Source: Octopus sinensis
Taxonomy: Eukaryota
Assembly: GCF_006345805.1 (NCBI RefSeq)
Contig: NW_021824551.1
Coordinates: forward strand, 1 to 18,220
DNA length: 18,220 nt
Direction: 5' to 3'
The translations under genes were made by a program, and so were the position numbers. Of this stretch, positions 9,665 through 18,220 are shown piece by piece. The notes under the pieces are model-generated. The model was not told the origin of the DNA and searched no databases. It was given only the letters and a program-made list of their open reading frames with translations. Within the stretch, counting starts at the first letter, position 1. Every line of letters starts with the position of its first letter.

Positions 9665-10219
9665 GAGGCGCAATGGTCCAGTGGTTAAGGCAGCGGACTC
9701 GCGGTCGTAAAAACGCGGTTTCGATTCCTAGACCGGACATTGTGAGTGTTTATTGAGCAAAAACACCTAAGCTCCACGAGGCTCCGGCGGAGTGGGGGTG
9801 TGAACCCCGCTGTACTCTTTCACCACAACTTTCTCTCACTCTTTCTTCCTACTTCTGCCACAAAGCAGAGGAACCATGCTGTAACCCACTATGGTGTGGA
9901 AAACATTCAGACCCTAGTCTAGTTTGCGAATCCTGTGTACTCCAGGATGGTTCAGCTCTCCACCCGTTAAAAGCCACCATCTACGGAATGAGGATAACAA
10001 CGTAGTTTTCGCGTCCGTGCAATCGCCAGTCTATCGCGTGTGGTGGGTAGATCTTCAAGATGCCTCACGCATTCTTAGTAGCTTAGAGTAGGCTCGAATT
10101 AGAGATTATTCTTTGTGGCTAATGACGTGAGTCCTGATTGGAAGAAGAAGAAGAAGAAGAAGAAGAAGAAGAAGAAGAAGAAGAAGAAGAAGAAGAAGAA
10201 GAAGAAGAAGAAGAAGAAG
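9665..10219 (+). mobile_element. Long tRNA-headed SINE (family C-like head) ending in a (GAA)26 tail
   Basis: A box TGGTCCAGTGG, B box GGTTTCGATTCC, (GAA)n at 10141-10218. Candidate TSD ACAACAACAGCAG at 9652-9664 and 10220-10232. Confidence 0.7.
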
Positions 10220-10379
10220 ACAACAACAGCAGCTGCAGCAAGAAGAAGGATAACAACAACCATGGCTGCAACAGTTCTAGTTCAACAACAAGAACAATAG
10301 CAACAAGAAGTGGTTGTTAAACGGTGTGTCGCAAAGTGTTTCTAGATTCGCTGCGAACACTGCTATCACACTCAGTTGA

Positions 10380-10620
10380 AGAGGTCCTTGACTTGTGAGA
10401 TATTTGGTGACCTCACCGGTGTCGGTGCCACGTATAAAAAAAGAACCTTCTCCACTCTATAAAGTGGTTAGTATTCGGAAGGGCTTTTAGCCGTAGAAAC
10501 CATGCCAAATCAGATATTGGAATGTGGTGCAGTCCTCTGGTTTACAAGTTCTTGCAAAACCATCCAATTATTCTAAATCACGCTAGTATGACAGACATTA
10601 GATGAAGACGCTGAAGAAGA
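10380..10620 (+). mobile_element. Degenerate RTE-related non-autonomous retroposon fragment
   Basis: GGTTAGTATTCGGAAGGGCTTTTAGCCGTAGAAAC resembles the GTTGGCGTTAGGAAGGGCATCCAGCCGTA motif of RTE-related elements (recalled); decayed trinucleotide tail. Confidence 0.45.
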
Positions 10621-10709
10621 ATTTTAAGCCTTAGAAAAGGCTATTAATATATCGTCTTGAAAAATGTGTTATACATAATTTTGTTACAAAGAAATATAAT
10701 TAATAATAT

Positions 10710-10922
10710 TTCTTCTGTGGGTATAAAGTCTGAAAGTTTGCGGGTAGGGTGCTAGTCGATTATATCGACCCCGGTCCCCGACTGGTACCCATTTTATCGA
10801 CTTAAAAAGGAAAAGAAGGCAAAGTTGACCATGACGAAATTTGAACGCAGAACATAAAGATGGACGAAATGCCGCTTAACATTTCGCCCGGCGTGCTAAC
10901 GATTCTACCAGTTCACCGCCTT
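10710..10922 (-). mobile_element. SINE family A monomer (alternative tail)
   Basis: Matches the 8590-8726 head and central domain and the 8176-8260 tail. Confidence 0.85.
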
Positions 10923-10931
10923 AGAAATAAC

Positions 10932-11070
10932 ACGGTATTTATTCTATCGGTGTCTTTGGTCGAAACGCTAAGTTACGGTGACTTAAACAAACCAACATCA
11001 GTTGTCAAGCGGTGATGGCGATGGTGGTGTTGGAGGTGGGGCAAACAAGCACAAAGACATACATGTACAC

Positions 11071-11126
<56 letters not shown>

Positions 11127-11405
11127 TTATATATATACATACATACTCACACACTTATATACATAGATTCTCACACACACACACACACTCACACACACAC
11201 ACACCACACACACACACACTCACACGCATACACAAGCGCACGCGCGCACACACACACATGCCATGGACTCCCACAGAGTTTCTGTCTACCAAATTCACTG
11301 ACAAGGTATTGGTGGGTCCGAGGCTAGAGTAGAAAATACTTGCCTAAGGTGCCGCGTAGTAGGTCTGAACCCGAAACCACGTGATTGCAAGGCGAGCTTC
11401 ATAAA
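10932..11405 (-). mobile_element. SINE family B with internal (CA)n
   Basis: Reverse-complement match to 5510-5660 and 5740-5845. Confidence 0.82.
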
Positions 11406-11950
11406 CTAAACAGGAGATGGAAGATTTATAAAAGACCAGTTAGTAAAAGGGATGCTGAGCTGCATACAAACGGCTGAGGTCTTAAGAACAACAGCAACAT
11501 CAGAGTAACCCAACCAACGAAGAAGCCTGCATGGCAGTGGAGGGGAACCGTTCACTCTTCTTGAAATTTGAATCTGCTCGTTGACGAAATCTCCAAATAA
11601 TCCATAAGAAAACAAACAAACCAAAAGTAAGATGCAAAACGAAGCAGTGTAAGCCATGAGAACAAAATAATAAGTAACTTGTATGTTGTCAATACATCTT
11701 GTAGAAATAGAAGCCAAATTTCTATAAAGTTACACCATGCCATGATAAAAAAAAGAGTAGGGTACGTTATATAATGTAGGCCTTGAGATATTTTGTCCAA
11801 AAAATAAAAATAAAAATAAAAACAGAATGGCCGTTGTTAAAATAGAACTTTCATCTTAGGTCTTCTCAATGAGAACTAAGTTGGAACTTTTGTTTTGCCT
11901 TATAATGAAACACCGGTAAAATTTCCACTTCTTTCTTATTTTTTATTTTC

Positions 11951-11987
11951 CTAAAATTTTCGTCGCGTCTTGCAATCGTTTCAATAG
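11951..11987 (-). ncRNA. Degenerate minimal hammerhead-like motif (U3-A8 variant)
   Basis: Minus strand reads CTA-TTGAAAC-G-ATTGC-AAGAC-GCGAC-GAAA-ATT-T-TAG, followed by AATAAA. Confidence 0.4.
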
Positions 11988-12351
11988 TCTTGACTAAAGT
12001 TGGAACTAAAAGGCCACAAAAGTAAATAACAGCATCAGTGATAATAAAAGAAAAAGGAGGGAAAGAAACTACAGATTTAAATTGTATTTGCTAAGATGCT
12101 TAGCTTCAAAAGATCCACCTTCCGCAACTGATATAACTCCGCAGCTCTCACCTCGTACGCTCAACGAAAGCAATGGGAAAGATTTCTTAGCGAAAAGTAG
12201 ATAGCAATTGAATGTGGAACGAGGGAAAAGAAGAAAGATATGGCTTGAATGGAAACGATACAGCTTGAAGAAAAGAAAGAGAAACAAAGAAAGACATAAG
12301 AAAGAGAGAAATAAAGGAAAAAAAGGATGAGGCAAACAAAGAAAACACCGG

Positions 12352-12368
12352 ACATATAGATAGACATT

Positions 12369-12436
<68 letters not shown>

Positions 12437-12568
12437 AAGACAACCAGACAGACATATAGATGGATAGATGGATAAATAGACAGACAGATAGATTGGTAGA
12501 GAGATAGATAGATAAGTAGATAGATAAATAGATAGATAAATAGATAGCTAGCTAGCTAGCTAGCTAGC

Positions 12569-12616
<48 letters not shown>

Positions 12617-12625
12617 AAGACAACC

Positions 12626-12656
<31 letters not shown>

Positions 12657-12731
12657 TAGATGGATAGATGGATAAATAGACAGACAGACAGATAGATTGG
12701 TAGAGATATATATAGATAAGTAGATAGATAT
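12352..12731. repeat. (GATA)n/(GACA)n/(GCTA)n array, left of the LINE
   Basis: Direct reading. Confidence 0.95.
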
Positions 12732-14600
12732 GTTTCTTTATTAGCCACACAGGGCTGCACACAGATAGAACAAATTACAAGGTAGAGCTTTTCTTTTGAA
12801 GGTTTAAAAAAAAAAAAAAGGAAGGGGGAGTTTCGATCAAAAGGGATCGTAAAAGGAGAGAAAGAGGACAAAAAAAGTGGGGTTAAAAAAAAGGGGGGAG
12901 AGGAAGAAAAAAAAGAGAAAAAAAAAATTGATCAATAGGGATCGTTATCACAGAAATGTCAATATGAAGTGTAAAGGGGAGGACAGGTGAGGTTTACCCG
13001 TGGAAAGAAAAGCCTACGGAAAAGACCACGGTAACCTCGGTCAATGGAGTCACATGTTATATTTCTTTTTTTTTTTTTTTGCAAATAAGCAACTCTCTGT
13101 TTTCAATTTCTGGGTTCATAGGATCATGCTCAAGGTGGCTTCGTCATTCATACGTGCCATTCTTGCTACATTCACCCATCTTTTTTTAAAACATTCGCTA
13201 GACAATACTTGCCTCTCTACTCTCACTTTCCTTTTCAAGTGGTACTTGAAGAAGTTGATGAGAGATTGACCAGAGAGGAAAGTGTTTGTCTCCAATCCTT
13301 TCAGACGCGTCCACCAGATACATTCTTTCGCCATAGCCACAAGGATGATGAAAATAGCTCTTCCTTCCCGTTTGAAGGAGGGAGGCGTGACAATATTAAC
13401 GATAGACTCAGCTGATAAACCGACTCGTCCCACACGTGACAGCAGTTGTTCGACATAAGCCCACAGGTCGGAAATTGTTGGACACTGCACGAGTGCGTGC
13501 AGAACGGTTCGTCGCTCTGACCGCATCTCGGCAGGTCGGCCCCGTGTTTCTCGAGCCGTGTCTGTAGAGCTTATCCCGAACGGGTAGCGCTTCTCGTAGC
13601 ACTGCCAGGCCAGGGATCTCTGGAAGTTGTCCATGGGCCCTGGCCCGAAAGTCGTCCTGAACAGGCGGGTCAGGTACTCCTCGTCGACGTCCAGGTTCGC
13701 CCCGAGCTCGTCGTCGTACCTCCCCTCCACTAAACCCCTATAGAATGCTTTGGTTGTGTTGAAGTCACTCAAGGTCGACCCAGGACGGCAGAGTTGCTTG
13801 AGAGCAACGCGACACTCGCGGTGCCATTCGCCCTTCTTCGGCCTCTTTTTGATCCACGACTGCAGTTCGGTCATGGAGACGAGCTGCGGGAAAGCGTGCC
13901 TCACAAACGGCGACCACACCTGTTCACCGTCGTCTACATAGAGCCAGAGATGTCGCAGTCTCAGCGCGTGTCTGCGCATCATCAACCACGGCATGCCCAG
14001 CCCTCCTTTTAACGGGTGTTGACAGCAAATGGATTGCCTGACCATCGGGACGCATCCTTTCCACAAGAAGCGAAAGAGAATGCGTTGTAGTTTGGTGATG
14101 GTAGGGTCGGGACAAGGTACGACGGTCAGGCGGTAGTAGATGACGGACGCGATGTACGTGTTCGCCACCTCCGCCCGACCTTTTAGGGACAGTTTCCTCT
14201 CGGCCCATTGCCGGGCGAGAGTGACCACCCTACTCGTTATCTCGTTCCAGTTCTTCTCCACTTGGAGGTCCGGACCAAACCAGACCCCGAGCAACTCAAC
14301 CGGGCCGTCGGTCCAGCGTCCCACGGCATGGACGGCATGGGCTTGCTTCTCCAGATGCCTAGTCGCAAGCCCACTGACTTTTCCCGGTTGATTTTCGCTC
14401 CTGTCACCGCTTCGTAGTTTTTCAGTGTCTCGCCGACCCGCTCGATGTGCTCGTGGCTAGACACTATGACGGTGACGTCGTCCGCGTATGCAGACACGCT
14501 CGTCCCGCATCCCAGTTCTCGCGGGATGCCTCTCAAGGTTGCCAGCTTCCGCAATAATGGCTCGAGAGTCAATACGTATAGAAGCGCCGAGAGGGGGCAT
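12732..14600 (-). mobile_element. 5'-truncated L1/Tx1-clade LINE inserted in (GATA)n
   Basis: RT 3' half plus CCHC knuckle and a ~380-bp T-rich 3' UTR ending AATAAAGAAAC directly into (TATC)n. Truncated at the QG|CPLS RT motif. Confidence 0.92.
13116..14599 (-). pseudogene. Tx1/L1-type ORF2 remnant (RT motifs CPLS to YADD, thumb, C-terminal zinc knuckle)
   Basis: Motifs [65 protein letters not shown]. Frameshift near 14325-14335 and three 1-bp deletions within 13505-13600. Confidence 0.92.
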
Positions 14601-14654
14601 GTAGATAGATAAATAGATAGATAGATAGATAGACAGATAGACAGACAGACAGAC

Positions 14655-14738
<84 letters not shown>

Positions 14739-14789
14739 CGATCAAGATTTAGGCAGACAGATAGGCAGACAAACAGACAGACTGACAGT

Positions 14790-14820
<31 letters not shown>

Positions 14821-14900
14821 GTTTCTTTATTGGCCACACAGGGCTGCACACAGATGGGACAAGTTACAAGGTAGATAGATAGATAGATAGATAGATAGAT

Positions 14901-14945
<45 letters not shown>

Positions 14946-14946
14946 C
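14601..14946. repeat. (GATA)n/(GACA)n array, right of the LINE
   Basis: Direct reading. Confidence 0.95.
14821..14875 (-). mobile_element. 55-bp 3'-terminal copy of the same Tx1 LINE family
   Basis: 51/55 identical to 12732-12786, same orientation, GATA repeats on both sides. Confidence 0.9.
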
Positions 14947-15607
14947 AGAACAAAATAACAGATACCTGTTGGACAAAGACGCAAAGAAAAATGTAAAGAG
15001 CCAAGCTGCAACCGAAATAGTTAATGGTGTGTTACATATCTATGGCAAATATTTTACACATGTGATCAACAGCTGCGTTGAAATGTCATCAAGCTGTTAA
15101 CTTCCTTTTCCTTTTCGACATGACTTTGCTGTTAAAACAATATACAATGCCATCCGTTGGAAGAAGAACTTTGTTGAAGATAAAAACCAAAAAACTACAC
15201 ACACAACACACACACCACACACACACACACACACACACCACACACATATATATATATATATATGTATGTATGTATATATATTCCTGACGCTGAGTGTAAC
15301 TCAACACAAAAGATTGTTGTTCGAACATTATCAACAAATGCTAATACATCAGTGTTGTCTGAGTCGTTTAGTACAAAAGAAATTAAAAAAATATATATAT
15401 ACACGTACAACAACAACAACAATAACAACATAAGAACGTGCACTTTTGTTGAGGTCAGCTGTTTAGCGGATATGAAGATTTTGTTTCAAAATTAGAATGG
15501 AAAAGAAAATTTAAGACCCACTTTGGAATCTACGACATTTATATCCAGATTATTCTCTTATTTTATGTAGCTGCAAGTATTAAAGCCGTTGGTTATACTG
15601 ATTAGAG

Positions 15608-15972
15608 ATTTTAGCACAAGGCCAGCAAGTTCGAGCAAGGGGGCTAGTCGACTACATCTATAGCAGTACTCAATTGGTACTTCTTTAATCGACTCGGAAG
15701 GGATGAAAGGCAAAGACGGTCTCGGCAGAATTTTAACTCAGAACGTAAAGACTGACGAAATTCTTTATTTCTTTATTGCCCACAAGGGGCTAAACATAGA
15801 GGGGACAGACAAAAAGATTAAGTCGATTACATCGACCCCAGTGCGTAATTGGTACTTAATTTATCGACCACGAAGGGATGAAAGGCAAAGTCGACCTCAG
15901 AACGTAAAGACAGACGAAATTCCGCTAAGCTTTTTGCCCGGTACGCTACTGATTCTACCAGCTCGTCGCCTT
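15608..15972 (-). mobile_element. SINE family A dimer
   Basis: Head at 15972, Tx1-like tail ending ~15765, second unit with alternative tail to ~15608. Confidence 0.88.
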
Positions 15973-16142
15973 AAGGCATTCGGTTGTATTAAGATATGTT
16001 TAACTATAGGTGAAGACATGGCTGTGTGGTAAGAAGTTCGCGCGACACCTTGGGCAAATGTCTTCTACTATAACCCTAGACCCACATATACCATGTGAAT
16101 GAATTTGATAGACAGGAACTAAGTGGAAATCCGTCGTGCTTG

Positions 16143-16173
<31 letters not shown>

Positions 16174-16399
16174 CACACACACACATTTAGAGGCAATTAT
16201 GCGGACAAACAAATTAAATATATAAAATATATCAAATATTACAGTTTGGGTACGAAATACAAAGTATGTATGTATGTATACATGCAAACAAGAGAAAATA
16301 AAAGGGGAGACTATATATATATACACACAGTGTGTTTGTGTGTGTGTGTGCATGGGGTGCGTGTGTGTGTGTGTTTGAGTGTGTACGTGTGTATGTCTG

Positions 16400-16447
<48 letters not shown>

Positions 16448-16464
16448 CAAACACATATATATAT

Positions 16465-16655
16465 GCGTGTATGGTTGGCGATTTTCTTTCTCCGTCTTCC
16501 TCCTTGGATCTTCCTTTTCCTATGTTTCTGACGAAGAGCTCCGCTCGAAACGTTAAATCCTTCTTCTTTCTATCCTGTCCTGAGCGTCCAATAACACTAT
16601 ACTTGTTCCACGTCCTCGCGTGTTGTGTTTTCTCTTTGTTCATGCTTGGATTAAC
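16465..16655 (+). mobile_element. ~190-bp non-coding insert in (TA)n; probable solo Penelope pLTR or non-autonomous element
   Basis: Complex sequence between TA tracts with a central minimal hammerhead. Confidence 0.65.
16525..16557 (+). ncRNA. Minimal type I hammerhead ribozyme motif
   Basis: TTT-CTGACGA-A-GAGC-TCC-GCTC-GAAA-CG-TT-AAA: intact core, 4-bp helix II, palindromic ACGT helix III, TTT/AAA helix I. Confidence 0.78.
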
Positions 16656-16668
16656 TATATATATATAT

Positions 16669-16747
<79 letters not shown>

Positions 16748-17423
16748 GTATATATATATATCTATGTATGTATGTATGCATTGTGTCTTGTTTGTCCCCA
16801 TCACTGCTTGTAACCGCCAGTAACTTAACACTTCGGGAAAAGAAACGGATAGAAAAAAATACCAGACTTAATAGTAGCAAATATCGAGGGTCCATTTTGT
16901 TCGACTAAAAACCTTTAAGACGGTACCCAGGCATAACCGCAGTCCATTGACTGAAAGAAATAAAAGCTAAAAGCTAACTGTTCTGAAAAACTGGGGAACG
17001 TTTTACAGCTAAATATACAGATCATCTATCAAATACGTATTCTGCAAATCCAATCTGCAATTGGAATAGGCTTTTCTGAAATTCAACATGTCGCTGTTTA
17101 TTGTTGTTGCTTAAATTCCAATAATGGATCTATGTTTGTTCGAAAGCAAGTCTTTCTTTGTGTGAAGAATTTCAAATAACTAAATAAGAAACACATGTTT
17201 GTACGTCTGCTTTCCTCCCTGTTTGTCACTCCTCTTTGCCTCCCCCTCTCTCTATATATCTACAGTAATCCCACGCCATATTATTTAAGCTCACCTCGAT
17301 TCCGCCATGGCGTGTATTTACATTTATAATAAAATAAATATATACAAATTATAATAATGATAATAATAATAAAATATACAGTACAGTACTGTTTCTTTGG
17401 TCTACCCGCGAAAGCCGAGGGAT

Positions 17424-17464
<41 letters not shown>

Positions 17465-17532
17465 TACACACACGTGTGTATGCATGTGTGTTTAAAGTTT
17501 TAGCGAAGATTTAAAAAGACATATAGCTTAGT

Positions 17533-17587
<55 letters not shown>

Positions 17588-17608
17588 ACATGTATAGATG
17601 TATAGTAT

Positions 17609-17728
17609 ATAATAATTGATGAAAGAAACAGAAGATAGATTAGTCTTTATTCGGGACGATGATCGTTTCGTCGCACTGAATAAAGACTAATACCAAATCT
17701 ATCTTCTATCTCCTTCATCAATTATTAT
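17609..17728. repeat. 120-bp imperfect inverted repeat (fold-back)
   Basis: ATAATAATTGATGAA/TTCATCAATTATTAT, GAAGATAGATT/AATCTATCTTC and TTAGTCTTTATTC/GAATAAAGACTAA pair concentrically. Confidence 0.9.
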
Positions 17729-17964
17729 CATCTCAACTAGCACTGTGGAATTCCGGAAGTAGATCTAGCGGAAAAATATACCCCAACCGTGGATGACACC
17801 AGATAGCTCAAACTGTGAACGTGCTTTAATTAACACACTAATTGACATATACCCGTTAATCCAAAAATTACACACAAACGCGCGCGCGTGTATATATATA
17901 TATGTATAAGGAAAATAAGACAGGGTAGAAAATTCTGAAATGATTTTATCATGAAGAACATTTT

Positions 17965-17998
17965 AGTACCGGTTTCGGTGTTTGCGACTTTTTCAACT
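17965..17998 (-). ncRNA. Degenerate minimal hammerhead-like motif (U3-A8 variant)
   Basis: Minus strand reads AG-TTGAAAA-A-GTCGCAAACACC-GAAA-CCGG-TA-CT with palindromic ACCGGT helix III; helix II is poor. Confidence 0.45.
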
Positions 17999-18220
17999 TG
18001 AGTAAAGCATGAAAAACAAATTAAATTGTGGAAAAATTAAATGAAATGTCTTTTTAAAATATTTCCATAGTTTTTAAATGCAAGGGACATTTCCCTTTTT
18101 TCTGTCTGTCTCTGTCTCTCTCTTTTACTCATGTGAGTTCTAGGTAGTGGGCAGCAGATAGTAGTAGCCCTAATATTTGATATGAATTCTTGTCTTCTGA
18201 TTGTTTCAGCAGCAATAATA

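Larger units (their letters stand above)
16008..16975 (+). mobile_element. SINE family B, split by expanded microsatellites and inserts
   Basis: The 5' half 16008-16140 (ACCTTGGGCAAATGTCTTCTACTATA) and the 3' half 16780-16975 (CAGTC-CATT-GACTGAAA, TAAAAGC tail) match 5497-5957. Confidence 0.78.

Noticed and set aside
9664-9740. Functional tRNA gene
   Set aside because: A/B boxes are present, but I see no proper acceptor stem or T-run terminator, and the sequence continues into a SINE body.
15752-15765. CTGACGAAA as a hammerhead core
   Set aside because: It is part of the antisense SINE A head and lacks helix II and a downstream GAAA-NUH arrangement.
16000-16908. ORFs of 145-194 aa rich in YI/HT/CV
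   Set aside because: Dinucleotide-repeat translations; the same applies to similar ORFs at 2652-3187, 5464-5862, 7012-7519, 11012-11332, 12069-12871 and 14742-15495.
17400-17428. CCCGCGAAAGCCGAGGG hairpin before CTA as a Helitron 3' end
   Set aside because: The hairpin is imperfect, there is no CTRR terminus, and no 5' end is identifiable.

Overview
Repeat-saturated, AT-rich eukaryotic non-coding DNA (intergenic or intronic). The repeat repertoire resembles a mollusc, probably an octopus; this is inferred from recalled families and was not checked by search. I see no convincing host gene, and almost all listed ORFs are translations of microsatellites or SINEs. Real coding remnants are: (1) a 5'-truncated Penelope-like element (RT C-terminal part plus GIY-YIG endonuclease, ~1766-2679) between ~300-bp inverted pseudo-LTRs carrying a hammerhead ribozyme motif; (2) a 5'-truncated L1/Tx1-clade LINE (12732-14600, minus) inside a (GATA)n array that also holds a second 55-bp 3'-end copy of the same family; and (3) two short LINE C-terminal relics. 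The window also has many tRNA-derived SINEs of at least three families, a hAT MITE and several more hammerhead-like motifs. The most notable inference is a linked retroelement system. One SINE-A tail variant matches the Tx1 LINE 3' end (33/40 nt), and all four copies of that tail are followed by re-entry at the same point of a SINE-A head, which suggests a self-targeting SINE mobilised by a sequence-specific Tx1 LINE.
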